DNA of 64,000 nucleotides. Origin: an uncultured Acidobacteriota bacterium. Lineage in GTDB: Bacteria; Acidobacteriota; Terriglobia; Terriglobales; Acidobacteriaceae. The position numbers and the translations under genes are program-made. The notes under the pieces were generated by a model that was not told the DNA's origin, did not search any database, and was given only the letters and a program-made list of their open reading frames with translations. Location of the stretch: the NCBI GenBank assembly GCA_963838135.1, contig CAWIPV010000008.1, positions 693,464 to 757,463 on the forward strand. The letters run 5' to 3'. Position 1 is the stretch's first letter. Each line of letters opens with the position of its first letter. Below, piece by piece: positions 18,583 to 28,182 of the stretch.

Positions 18583-19731
18583 TTACCGCACGGCGACCTT
18601 CTGGACCGAAGCCGCCGCCGCGCGTTCGTTCACAATCTCGCCGCCAAACGCGACGCAGGAGCCTGCAATGATCTCGTCGGCGCGGTCGATCTTCAACTCG
18701 CCATCCTTGAGAATCAATTGCAAAAAGTTGATCAGGTTGCGCGCGTACAACATGCTGGCATGAACTGGCACCTCCGCTACGAGGTTGCAGGGACCAAAGA
18801 TAGTGACTCCGTGATAGACGATCGTCTCGCCCGGCCGGGTAGCTTCGCAGTTCCCTCCTGCTGCCGCGGCAAGGTCGAAGATGATCGAGCCCGGCCGCAT
18901 CTCCTCCACCGCCGCAGCGGGGATCAGCAGCGGCGCACGGCGTCCCGGAACCTGTGCCGTGGTGATAATGACATCGGTGGTCTTCGCCGCCTTGGCGATG
19001 GCTTGACGGCCCAACTCCAGCGCCTCCGGGCTCAGTTCCTTGGCGTAGCCGCCCTTGTCCTCGGTCTGCAAACCACCCAGGTCAACCTCGATGAACTTGG
19101 CTCCCAGTGACTTCACCTGCTCACCGGCAGCGGCGCGCACGTCGTAGGCTTCCACCACGGCCCCCAGTCGGCGTGCCGTGGCGATGGCCTGCAATCCGGC
19201 GACCCCTGCGCCCAGCACCAGAACCTTGGCCGGAGGAATGGTTCCCGCTGCCGTCATCAGCAAGGGGAAAAGTTTGTGCAGGTGATTGGCGGCCACAATC
19301 ACCGCCTTGTATCCGGCAACCGTAGCCATCGACGAGAGCGCATCCATGCCCTGTGCGCGACTGATCCGGGGCACCAGTTCCATGCTGAACAGCGTAACCC
19401 CGCGCTTCACCGCCGCCGCCAGCGATGCCGGGTCGTCCAGGGGGCGCAGGAAGCCGATCATCACGCTCCCGCTTTTCAGCCTCTCCTGGTCTGCGGCGGG
19501 CAGTGCGTTCACCACCGGAAAAACATCTGCCGAGGCCACCAGCTGCGCACGATCGGTGGCGATGCTCGCGCCCACAGCCTGGTAATCCGCGTCGCTGGCG
19601 CCAGACTCCATTCCAGCGCCGCTTTCAACCGCAACTTCAAACCCTTTGCCGGTAAGCGTCTTCACCGCATCCGGCGTAAGCGCCACGCGAGTTTCGCCCG
19701 GCTGGGCTTCCTTCAAAACTGCGATCAGCAC
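18583..19731 (-). CDS. pntAA: NAD(P) transhydrogenase subunit alpha, part 1
   Basis: Alanine-dehydrogenase-like fold with VLVLGAGVAGLQAI Rossmann motif. GTG 19731 with GGAGG 5 nt upstream is preferred over 19752. Confidence 0.85.
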   Translation of the reverse strand: MLIAVLKEAQPGETRVALTPDAVKTLTGKGFEVAVESGAGMESGASDADYQAVGASIATDRAQLVASADVFPVVNALPAADQERLKSGSVMIGFLRPLDDPASLAAAVKRGVTLFSMELVPRISRAQGMDALSSMATVAGYKAVIVAANHLHKLFPLLMTAAGTIPPAKVLVLGAGVAGLQAIATARRLGAVVEAYDVRAAAGEQVKSLGAKFIEVDLGGLQTEDKGGYAKELSPEALELGRQAIAKAAKTTDVIITTAQVPGRRAPLLIPAAAVEEMRPGSIIFDLAAAAGGNCEATRPGETIVYHGVTIFGPCNLVAEVPVHASMLYARNLINFLQLILKDGELKIDRADEIIAGSCVAFGGEIVNERAAAASVQKVAVR

Positions 19732-20010
19732 CACTGCCTCCGCAACACTCACGCCTCCCGGCGAGTGTCAAACAGACGATGCTACAACGAACCAGGCTTT
19801 TTCGCACTCTTCGGTTCAAAGATCTTCGGCTCTTCGGGTAGGGACGGGTGGCCCATTCAAGCCTTCTTTTGGCTTGAGTGGGGCTGTCGACCCTGTTTTT
19901 GCTTCTGGGCCTGCTCTTAGGTGTAATCCGAAGCGCAGCGAGGAATCCCATCGCCACTGAAATATGCGCGAGTGCCCCATTTTCTGCCCTCAGCACAAGT
20001 CTTCCGCTGC

Positions 20011-20418
20011 TCACTCCTCGTCGTACAGCTCCGGAAACGCGCTCTGAACCAGGCTGGCGACCGCGCGAGCAGCTTCGATATTCACCAGCGGCCCCTTGTT
20101 CATCCCAGGACAGTACTTCGCGGCCTCGCGACGCTCACCGGCGTTGGCAAGTAGTTCAGGCCAGTAGGGGAAGGAACTGCATTGCAGCGGCTTCACCGCA
20201 TGTACCGAGCAGCCGTCGGCGAGCAGGAATGGACATTGTTTTTTGCGCTGCTTACGAAAACGCAACAGTGGCGCCGTGCCGCACAGATAACGCCGCTTGA
20301 ACTCCGCGCCAGCGATTCCAAGATGCTCGGCCAACCGCGCGATATCCTCCGGGGTCACATACACAAACCCCTTCGCCTCGCAGCAGCGAATGCATCCGGC
20401 CTGACACTGAAAGCGCAT
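20011..20418 (-). CDS. YkgJ-family Cys-cluster (zinc/iron-chelating) protein
   Basis: MRFQCQAGCIRCCE...CPFL...CSVH cysteine pattern. The internal ATG at 20418 is preferred. Confidence 0.65.
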   Translation of the reverse strand: MRFQCQAGCIRCCEAKGFVYVTPEDIARLAEHLGIAGAEFKRRYLCGTAPLLRFRKQRKKQCPFLLADGCSVHAVKPLQCSSFPYWPELLANAGERREAAKYCPGMNKGPLVNIEAARAVASLVQSAFPELYDEE

Positions 20419-20480
20419 TTCAGAGTGTACCGTGAATCTAAACAGAGTAGGATTGATTCCAGCTTTCAAGGAGCATTGAC

Positions 20481-20828
20481 TTGGCAAAAGTTCTCATCAT
20501 GCTGGTACGCGTACTCGGTCTGGCGGCCATCGTTCTCGGAGCGCTTCTCTGGGCCGGACGCCAGCACTATCTCGCCTCCCACATCGGCTCCGGCTTCTGC
20601 GTGGCAATGGTGGTGTTCGTGCTGGCCGTCATCGCAATGACGAAAAAAGCCGTGGTCCCAGGAATTCTCGGCGTCGTCTTCGCGGTCCTCCTGCCGGTCT
20701 TTGGATTCCTGCAGCTCCCGCTCACCTTCCACACCATGCGAGCGATTCAGGTGGTGCACATCTTTGTAGCTCTCGCAATCATCGGTGTCGCCGAGAGACT
20801 CTACGCCGCAATCCAGCGAGCCGGCTGA
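20481..20828 (+). CDS. Small integral membrane protein (four predicted TM helices)
   Basis: 115 aa, strongly hydrophobic, with no recognisable motif. Confidence 0.5.
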   Translation: MAKVLIMLVRVLGLAAIVLGALLWAGRQHYLASHIGSGFCVAMVVFVLAVIAMTKKAVVPGILGVVFAVLLPVFGFLQLPLTFHTMRAIQVVHIFVALAIIGVAERLYAAIQRAG

Positions 20829-20855
20829 GAACCAATTCGGCCCGCCACCTGCCCG

Positions 20856-21734
20856 TTACTTAGTGTGAAAGATGGCGTGGTTCAGGTCGGGCCAAAATTC
20901 CTTGATGATAAACGTCGCCCCGTCGATGCCAACATTCAGAGCCCAGCGCTGGCCGGTCTTGGTCCAGGTGCGATCCGCGCCGGGATAGTAAAGGTCGGAT
21001 ATCCCGGCGGCGGCTCCGGCTCCAACCACTTCGCTGTAGTTAAAGTTGTTTCCTCCGGAATCCGTGCGAGTCACCAGGATGCGGCTGAACGCATATCCCG
21101 CCCGCTTTGCAATCCCATTGTGTGTCGTGTGTCCATCTCCCCGCTTCGCCGACCGGCGTCCCAGCGTGTAGTAACGCGCATCCTGGCGAAGCGCCACCGG
21201 AAGCACGAAGTCCACCCAAAGGTTTTCGTCCGTCTGGTCGGCAAAACTATGCCAGTAATAGCGGCCATAGGCCGCCGCGCCGGTGTGGAACTCCGGGGTC
21301 GAGCCCTGAAGTTGCGCCACTCCCGCGAGCACTCCGACAAGGATGAATGACGAGTAGTCAAAGCTCTCTTGGCGAAACCCGGTAAACTTCTCTCTCGGGG
21401 TCTGAGCTGGCAGATGGCTGTTTACGCTAACTGAGCGAAAGTTCGGAATTACCCACAAGATGCGTTTGGTCTGCTGGCCACCCTCTTCCTCCGTCGCCGG
21501 AACCTCCGTCACCCCGGTGGTCGCCCCCTGCGCCTGCGCCAGGGCTAAATCCGGTGCATCCGGTAACCCGGCGGCGGCGGCAACAAAATTGTCAGGCGCG
21601 GCCACCACCCCGGTCGCCGGCCCAAACTCCTGACTTCCCTGCACTTGCGCCCCGGCCTGGCTGGGTTGCACAGCAAGTGTCCAGACCAAGAATGTGGCCA
21701 TTGTCATCACGCTGGAAGGACTGCGTAAACCCAT
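20856..21734 (-). CDS. Secreted conserved hypothetical; paralog of 58134..59255
   Basis: Signal peptide (MATFLVWTLAVQPSQAGAQ). Shares motifs IPNF, QDARYY, NYSEVVG..AAAGISDLYYP and KEF with the 58-kb gene. Confidence 0.6.
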   Translation of the reverse strand: MGLRSPSSVMTMATFLVWTLAVQPSQAGAQVQGSQEFGPATGVVAAPDNFVAAAAGLPDAPDLALAQAQGATTGVTEVPATEEEGGQQTKRILWVIPNFRSVSVNSHLPAQTPREKFTGFRQESFDYSSFILVGVLAGVAQLQGSTPEFHTGAAAYGRYYWHSFADQTDENLWVDFVLPVALRQDARYYTLGRRSAKRGDGHTTHNGIAKRAGYAFSRILVTRTDSGGNNFNYSEVVGAGAAAGISDLYYPGADRTWTKTGQRWALNVGIDGATFIIKEFWPDLNHAIFHTK

Positions 21735-21953
21735 ATTCGCTTGGATGATAATCCTCAGCCGTAGGCAGTTCCCTATCGCAGCCACCTCGCCGGATCGCCC
21801 TGAAAATTTTGTGCATTCGTCACACAGTAATGTGACCGCCAATACCTTTGTGAGAATTTGCTTGCACTCAGGTTTGCACAATCATTACTATCAGACTTCC
21901 CCAATTCCACGGCAGTTTACGCGCCTGTCCGCGCGTCAGAAAATAGCGAACCA

Positions 21954-22310
21954 ATGAACATAGGCGAAACTATCCGTAACTTCCGTATGCAGAAGGGTAT
22001 GTCTCAGGGAGACATCGAGAAGCGCACTGGCCTCCTGCGTTGCTACCTTTCACGTGTCGAGAATGGGCATACCGTGCCTTCGCTGGACACTCTGGCTAAA
22101 ATCGCCAATTCGCTGGAAATGCCGCTCGGCCAATTCTTTGCGGAAAGCTCCCCCGAAAATGGCGCCAACGCCAAGAATCTGCCGCAACTCAGCGAAGAAG
22201 AGGTGCGTTTTCTCTCCCAGATTCGGCGCTATTCCAGCGGTCTGAATGACAGTGACCGTAAGCTGGTGCTGGCAATGGTGAAGAAGATGGCGGTTACTAC
22301 CGGCCGCTAG
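21954..22310 (+). CDS. XRE-family helix-turn-helix transcriptional regulator
   Basis: IRNFRMQKGMSQGDIEKRTGLLRCYLSRVENGHTVPSLDTLAKIA. Confidence 0.8.
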   Translation: MNIGETIRNFRMQKGMSQGDIEKRTGLLRCYLSRVENGHTVPSLDTLAKIANSLEMPLGQFFAESSPENGANAKNLPQLSEEEVRFLSQIRRYSSGLNDSDRKLVLAMVKKMAVTTGR

Positions 22311-22383
22311 TTACTACCAGTTGCTAGTTAAGGAAGAAGCGACGGTCGGCCCATTTGCTCACTCGGCACGTGCTAGCGCCTAT

Positions 22384-23043
22384 CTAGGCAGCGCTCGGGC
22401 TCTCGGTCAAGGCAATCACCGCCAGTTCCAGCCGGTCGCGTGCGCCTGTCTTGCTGAAAATGCTTTGCAGATGCCGTTTCACCGTGTTTTCGCTGATCGT
22501 CAGTTGCAGCGCGATGTCCTTGTTTTTCATTCCCCGCGCCACCAGGTAGGCAATCTGCTTTTCGCGTTCGCTCAGCCGATGCAGGTTGGCCGTTCGCTCC
22601 TGTTGGGTCTCAACCGACATGGCCATCAAAACTCCTTGCGCCACGTCATCGCTGAATGCCAATTCGCCGTCGGCCACGGTGCGGATCGCCGCAAATAGCT
22701 TCTCCGGCGAATCCCCCTTCAGCACCAGCCCGCGAGCTCCCAGCCGAACCACCTGCACGTAGTCAGGTTGGCTGTCTGAGGCCGTCAGCACCACGCTTGC
22801 CACCTTCGTGCTGCTACGGTCGAGCTGGCGTAGTACCTCGAATCCGTCCGTTACAGGCATGAACAGATCCAGAACCAGCACGTCCGGATGCTCCCTTTCG
22901 ACCAACTCCAGGGCTTCGGTGCCATTGCTGGCCGTGCCAACCAGCTCAAAATCTCGGTGCGAACCCAGCAGCGCACCCAGAGACTCACGCAACACAGCGT
23001 GGTCATCGGCAATCGCAATTCGGATTTTCTCGCCACGAAACAT
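22384..23043 (-). CDS. NarL/FixJ-type response regulator
   Basis: IAIADDH, VLVLDLFMP, and C-terminal LSEREKQIAYLVARGMKNKDIALQLTISENTVK. Confidence 0.85.
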   Translation of the reverse strand: MFRGEKIRIAIADDHAVLRESLGALLGSHRDFELVGTASNGTEALELVEREHPDVLVLDLFMPVTDGFEVLRQLDRSSTKVASVVLTASDSQPDYVQVVRLGARGLVLKGDSPEKLFAAIRTVADGELAFSDDVAQGVLMAMSVETQQERTANLHRLSEREKQIAYLVARGMKNKDIALQLTISENTVKRHLQSIFSKTGARDRLELAVIALTESPSAA

Positions 23044-23239
23044 GGAAAGTGAGATGCGAGTTAAGGCCCTATTCGTCGTACGTCGTGGAAAACAAATTAT
23101 TTTGCCTCTGCAGCGCCTCCCCCACGTCCCGGATGGGCTACGTTCGCAATGTTAAAATTAGGTTGCGATTTCCCTTGCCTGCCGCTCGTTTCCGGTGCTA
23201 GTTTTTACAGCACCTGATTTCAGGCTTGGAGGTGCTGAA

Positions 23240-23458
23240 ATGAATGTGCCCGCACGTGAACAGCTCCTGGCCAGCAGCGACGAATTCCGCAAGCTGGCCG
23301 ATGAACATACCAACTACTCTCAGCGTCTCGAATCCCTCGCCAATAAGAAATACCCCTCCGAAGAAGACAAAATCGAAGAAATCCGCCTAAAAAAACTGAA
23401 GCTTCGCCTCAAGGATGAGATGGAATCGTTTCAGCTCCGTACCCAAAAAGTCTCCTGA
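23240..23458 (+). CDS. DUF465 (YdcH-like) small coiled-coil protein
   Basis: 72 aa. The pattern FRKLADEHTNYSQRLESL...EIRLKKLKLRLKDEM is typical of the family. GGAGG lies 7 nt upstream. Confidence 0.65.
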   Translation: MNVPAREQLLASSDEFRKLADEHTNYSQRLESLANKKYPSEEDKIEEIRLKKLKLRLKDEMESFQLRTQKVS

Positions 23459-23534
23459 GTGCATCGGCGCCCGACTGTTGGCGCACGCAACCAATCTGGG
23501 GCTCCGCGTCCAAGGAATAACCCGTCGCGCCCAC

Positions 23535-24983
23535 ATGCAGGCTGGTTATTCTTTGGAGGCGCACCTCTGGCCATACGTCGACGTGCCCGCTAGGCTTTGT
23601 GCAAGGCTCTTCCAATGGTGCCAGCCGACGTCTGGCACCATTGGCAAATGGAAGCTGCCTGCGCTCGTCTGTGCCCTAAGTGTTACCTCCATTGCATCCG
23701 CCCAGCCAGCGCCATCGCCGGCTGGGTTGGCCTGCCGATGGTCTGCCCAGCTCACCGTCGCGCGCCCGGGAGTCAGTGACAGCTATCTCGTTCCCTTTGA
23801 CCTGCTCATCGAGCGCACCCCCGCCGGCCTGCGTGCCGCGCTGCTCAACGGCGGCGACCGCATCGATTTTTCCTCCATCGATTTTTCTACCGGCGCCTCT
23901 TCTCCTAACGCACAGCAAGGCAACCAGGTCACTCTGCGCCTTGACCAGTACGACGCGACCCTCTCCGCGCGCTGTTCAGCCGGTCAGGCCCAGTGCGACG
24001 CACTCGAAGGAGAATATGTGCGTCAGAAGGCCGCATCGCTTTTGCGCTATGCCTTTCGCGCCCAGTGCCCGCCTGCGTCCGCCACTCCCGAGCCCACCTC
24101 CGCTGCCGTGCCCCAGCTTTCCCCGCAGAGTTCCAACACCTCTGACTGGCAGTTCGCCTTTACCGATTCCTCTGGCAAGCCGGACTCCGAGCCCAACGCT
24201 CCCGCTCATTTCACGCAACAGGCAAACCACGTCGAGGGCACCATTGCGCCCATCAGCGGAGACTACGGTACGCTCGCCGGAGAACTCATCGGCGACAAGT
24301 CCGGCGATGCTGTGCTCCATCTCTCGCGCTTTGATGGCATTCACGCGCTCCGTCTCGACGGCCGCCTGATTGCCCCCGGCCGAATCGAGGGTGTCTTCCA
24401 CGTTGCGCCTGGAGTCGCGCTCAACTACGTGGCAACGGCCACCGGCGCTTCCTCCGGCTTCGAAGAAGCCGAGCACCTCACCTCGGTAGCCAATCCTTCC
24501 GAGCCCTTCCGCTTCCATGGCGCGGACGCCTCCGGTGCCATCGTCACCCAGTCTGATCCGCGCTTCCGCGGCAAGGTCGTGCTCCTGGACATCTTCGGAA
24601 CCTGGTGCCCGAACTGCCACGATGAAGCTCCTGTCTTGCAGTCGCTTTACGCGCAGTTTCACTCGCGCGGTCTTCAGGTCGTCGGTCTCAGCTATGAGTA
24701 CACAGCCGACCGCGCCCGCAGCCGGCGCCTGCTCCAGATCTATCGCCGTAAGTACTCCATAGCGTTTCCGTTGTTGCTGGCCGGCACCACCGACTTCGGC
24801 CAGATCGGCAAAACGCTGCCCCAGTTGCGCAACTTCGGTGCCTACCCCACAACGATTTTTCTCGACCGCCACGGCCGTGTGCGTCTCATCCACGCCGGAT
24901 TCTCCGGCCCTGCCACCGGCCGTCTCGAAGAGGTTAAACAGAGTTTTCAGCAAACCATCGTCAAACTGCTCGACGAGCGGTAA
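23535..24983 (+). CDS. Secreted TlpA/AhpC-like thioredoxin-fold protein with a long N-terminal domain
   Basis: C-terminal [21 protein letters not shown] redox motif. The start is uncertain: a hairpin at about 23514-23553 suggests it could lie further downstream. Confidence 0.7.
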   Translation: MQAGYSLEAHLWPYVDVPARLCARLFQWCQPTSGTIGKWKLPALVCALSVTSIASAQPAPSPAGLACRWSAQLTVARPGVSDSYLVPFDLLIERTPAGLRAALLNGGDRIDFSSIDFSTGASSPNAQQGNQVTLRLDQYDATLSARCSAGQAQCDALEGEYVRQKAASLLRYAFRAQCPPASATPEPTSAAVPQLSPQSSNTSDWQFAFTDSSGKPDSEPNAPAHFTQQANHVEGTIAPISGDYGTLAGELIGDKSGDAVLHLSRFDGIHALRLDGRLIAPGRIEGVFHVAPGVALNYVATATGASSGFEEAEHLTSVANPSEPFRFHGADASGAIVTQSDPRFRGKVVLLDIFGTWCPNCHDEAPVLQSLYAQFHSRGLQVVGLSYEYTADRARSRRLLQIYRRKYSIAFPLLLAGTTDFGQIGKTLPQLRNFGAYPTTIFLDRHGRVRLIHAGFSGPATGRLEEVKQSFQQTIVKLLDER

Positions 24984-25054
24984 CCTTATCGAGCCCCCCT
25001 TCGGTCTTTCCGAATCACTCTGGCTTCCCGCTTCGCTATAATCGAGAGGTCCTC

Positions 25055-25687
25055 ATGGTACGCGACGGAATCTATTACGCGCTGGCTCTGGTTGTGGCGG
25101 CGGTCCTCATTGGTATGTGGGCCGCGCCCTTGCTTGCTCTCGTGCCGCTGTTATTGGCGGCCTTTTTCCTCTGGTTCTTTCGCGATCCCGAGCGCGCCAT
25201 TCCGTCCACCCCTGGTGCCATCGTCTCTCCCGCCGATGGCAAGGTCACGGCGGTATCCCCAATTCAGGTTGAAGGCGAGCCACGCATCAGCATCAGTATT
25301 TTCCTCAACGTCTTCAACGTGCACGTCAATCGCTCGCCTGCTGCCGGTGTCATTACCGCCGTCGATTACCGTCGCGGCAAGTATTTGAATGCCATGAATC
25401 CGGCCTCGGCCGAACTCAATGAGCAGAACATCTGCACCCTTCGAACCGAGGATGGCCAGCGCATCGTCTTCAAGCAGATTGCCGGACTGCTGGCGCGCCG
25501 CATCGTCTTCTCGCGCCGCGCTGGAGACCGTGTCGCTCGCGGCGAGCGCATCGGACTGATTAAATTCGGTTCGCGTTGCGACGTAATTCTGCCCGTCTCC
25601 GCCAAGGTGCTCGTCGAGGTGGGAAACATCGTAAAATGCGGCTCTTCGACGTTGGCCATTCTGCCGGCCGCGCAAGGAGAACTTTGA
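25055..25687 (+). CDS. psd: Phosphatidylserine decarboxylase (short type)
   Basis: 210 aa with a [11 protein letters not shown] self-cleavage-type motif, immediately upstream of pssA. Confidence 0.8.
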   Translation: MVRDGIYYALALVVAAVLIGMWAAPLLALVPLLLAAFFLWFFRDPERAIPSTPGAIVSPADGKVTAVSPIQVEGEPRISISIFLNVFNVHVNRSPAAGVITAVDYRRGKYLNAMNPASAELNEQNICTLRTEDGQRIVFKQIAGLLARRIVFSRRAGDRVARGERIGLIKFGSRCDVILPVSAKVLVEVGNIVKCGSSTLAILPAAQGEL

Positions 25688-26586
25688 TGCATGAGCCCAA
25701 CCGTCGCATCGGCAACGGCCATTCGCGCCGATTGCGCAAGGGCATGTACATCCTGCCGTCGCTGTTTACCACCGCAAACCTCGCCGCTGGCTTCTATGCC
25801 ATTTCGCAGGCCGCGCTCGGAGCCGCCCATGCCCAGGGCATGATCGCCGTGCCCGGTGTCGATCCCTTGCACGCCGCGGCCATCTATTTCAATCATTCCG
25901 CCATCGCCATCGGCTTTGCCGTTTTCTTTGACGGCATGGACGGAGCCATCGCCCGCCTGACCCATACCACCAGTGACTTCGGCAAGGAGTTGGATTCGCT
26001 GGCCGATATCGTCACCTTCGGCGTCGCCCCCGGAATCCTTGCCTGGATGTGGGGCTTCTTCTTTCTCCCCGCCACGCTCGATGCCGACTTCCGCGATAAG
26101 CTGATTCAGTTCGGCGGAATCCTCGCGTTCGCCTTTCTCACCGCCGGAGCCTGCCGTCTGGCGCGCTTCAATATTCAGCTCAACCCTCAGCCCAAAAATC
26201 CCGGACTTCCTGGCCGCAAGTATTTCGTCGGCATGCCCATCCCTGCCGGAGCCGGTTGCCTTGCCGCCGTCGTCCACCTGCGCCTCGGTTATCCCGTGCA
26301 GGCCTGGTGGAGCTCCATCGCCTGGATGGTCTACATCTTTTTGTGCGCCTTTCTCATGGTCAGCACCTGGCGATTCTGGAGCGCCAAGAGCATCGATATT
26401 CGCAACCGTCAGGCCTCGCGCCTCTTCGTGCTCTTCGCCCTTCTTCTGGCCGCAATCTGGTATTTCCATCGCTACCTGCTCTTTATCGTCGCCGTGTCTT
26501 ACATGATTTCAGGGGTATTCTTTAGGCTCACCTACGCCTTCCGGCGAAGCAATGCCGCGCCGCACCATGCGGTTGGAGAGTTATGA
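25687..26586 (+). CDS. pssA: CDP-diacylglycerol--serine O-phosphatidyltransferase
   Basis: CDP-alcohol phosphotransferase motif DGMDGAIARL...GKELDSLAD. The start overlaps the psd stop (TGATG). Confidence 0.85.
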   Translation: MHEPNRRIGNGHSRRLRKGMYILPSLFTTANLAAGFYAISQAALGAAHAQGMIAVPGVDPLHAAAIYFNHSAIAIGFAVFFDGMDGAIARLTHTTSDFGKELDSLADIVTFGVAPGILAWMWGFFFLPATLDADFRDKLIQFGGILAFAFLTAGACRLARFNIQLNPQPKNPGLPGRKYFVGMPIPAGAGCLAAVVHLRLGYPVQAWWSSIAWMVYIFLCAFLMVSTWRFWSAKSIDIRNRQASRLFVLFALLLAAIWYFHRYLLFIVAVSYMISGVFFRLTYAFRRSNAAPHHAVGEL

Positions 26587-27629
26587 GCCTGGCTGCACGC
26601 AAGTCCAACCTCTTCAGCGTCGCGCTCATCGGAGCCACCGCCCTCAAGGGCAAGGAAGTCCGTGATGTCCTCAGCGAGCGCAACTTTCCCGCCGTCGATA
26701 TCAAGCTTCTGGACGAGGACGACGTGCTTGGTCAACTCGATCAAGTCAACGACGAGCCCGCGTTCATTCAGAGTGTATCGCCGGAGCATCTGGAAGACGT
26801 GGACTTTGCCTTCCTCACCGCCGATGAGTCCTACATTGCCAAAACCTGGGCAACCGTGCGTGATTCCGGCTCTGACATCATCGACCTCAGCTACGCTCTG
26901 GAGAACAACACCGATGTCGTTCTCCGCGCCCCCTGGCTGGAGCGCGAACTGGGCCGCACTCATCAGGTTGGGCTGCGCTCTGTGCCCGTGGTCATTGCTC
27001 ACCCGGCAGCCGTCGTCATTGCGTTGCTGCTGGCCCGTCTGCAGAAGGCGGCTCCGCTGCAGCTTGCCTCCGCCGTCATCGGCCAGCCTGCCTCCGAATA
27101 CGGACGTCGCGGCATGGACGAACTCCACGATCAAACCGTGAATCTGCTCAGCTTCCAGCAAATGCCCAGCGCGGTCTTTGGAACCCAGGCCGCCTTCAAT
27201 CTCTTTGCTCAGCCAGTCGACGGAGTTCACCCATCCCTGCGCGAGACCGAGGCGCGCATCCTGCGTCACTTTCAGACCATCGCGCAGCAGGAGCTTTTCA
27301 CCCCAGCCGTGCTTCTCGTCCAGGTTCCCGTCTTCCACGGATACACCTTCGCCATGTTCGTGCAGACCACCGTTCCGGTCACGGCCGCCACGCTCGAGGC
27401 CGCGCTGCAAGGTCCGCACCTGACCGTCACCAGTGCGCAAGACGAATTTCCCAGCAATGTCAACGTAGCCGGCTCCTCCGAGATCCTCGCCAGCGTGCGC
27501 CCCGACGGCGCCGGTGGCAACGGCTTCTGGCTCTTTGCCGCCTGCGATAATCTTCGCGTCTCGGCGATTCAGGCCGTTGAGTGCGCCGAAGAGATGGTGC
27601 TGACTCGTCCCAGGGGCAAGCTGCAATGA
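26583..27629 (+). CDS. Asd/ArgC-like semialdehyde-dehydrogenase-fold protein; the active-site Cys appears to be missing
   Basis: N-terminal IGATALKGKE Rossmann region and C-terminal VPVFHGY. The region expected to read A-N-P-N-C reads IAHPAAV. Confidence 0.65.
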   Translation: MSLAARKSNLFSVALIGATALKGKEVRDVLSERNFPAVDIKLLDEDDVLGQLDQVNDEPAFIQSVSPEHLEDVDFAFLTADESYIAKTWATVRDSGSDIIDLSYALENNTDVVLRAPWLERELGRTHQVGLRSVPVVIAHPAAVVIALLLARLQKAAPLQLASAVIGQPASEYGRRGMDELHDQTVNLLSFQQMPSAVFGTQAAFNLFAQPVDGVHPSLRETEARILRHFQTIAQQELFTPAVLLVQVPVFHGYTFAMFVQTTVPVTAATLEAALQGPHLTVTSAQDEFPSNVNVAGSSEILASVRPDGAGGNGFWLFAACDNLRVSAIQAVECAEEMVLTRPRGKLQ

Positions 27630-28180
27630 CTTCTTTCGCCGCCCCCGGCTCGCGCCAGCTCTGCCACCGGCTTTGCCACATCGCCATCATCGGGCTCGCC
27701 CTGCTGCTCGCCTCCTGCGGCTACCACACCGTCGGCTCCGTCTCGCACCTGCCGCCCGACGTTAAGATTCTGGCCATTCCGTCGTTCCGCAATCAGACCC
27801 ACACCTATCACGTCGAAACCGGTCTCACCGACGCGGTCATCCGCGAATTCAACACCCGCACTCACTACCGCATCGTCCAGTCGGAGACCGATGCCGACGC
27901 CGTGCTGCAAGGCACCGTCGTCTCCGCCGAGGTTGCACCCGTGGCCTATGACTCAGTCACCGGACGCGCCTCCACCGGACTGGTCACCATCATGGTCAAA
28001 GTGACCTTGACCGCCCGCGACGGCAGCGTCCTCTACAGCAATCCCAACTACATCTTCCGCGATCAGTACCAGATCTCCAACGAACTCGCCAGCTTCTTCG
28101 AGGAGCAGGGGCCGGCTCTCGACCGCCTTTCGCGCGATTTCTCCCGCACCCTGGTCAGCAATATTCTGGAGGCATTCTAG
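27626..28180 (+). CDS. lptE: LptE-like outer-membrane lipoprotein
   Basis: Lipobox LLLASC, size of about 184 aa, and the conserved lptE-holA neighbourhood. Confidence 0.6.
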   Translation: MTSFAAPGSRQLCHRLCHIAIIGLALLLASCGYHTVGSVSHLPPDVKILAIPSFRNQTHTYHVETGLTDAVIREFNTRTHYRIVQSETDADAVLQGTVVSAEVAPVAYDSVTGRASTGLVTIMVKVTLTARDGSVLYSNPNYIFRDQYQISNELASFFEEQGPALDRLSRDFSRTLVSNILEAF

Positions 28181-28182
28181 CC

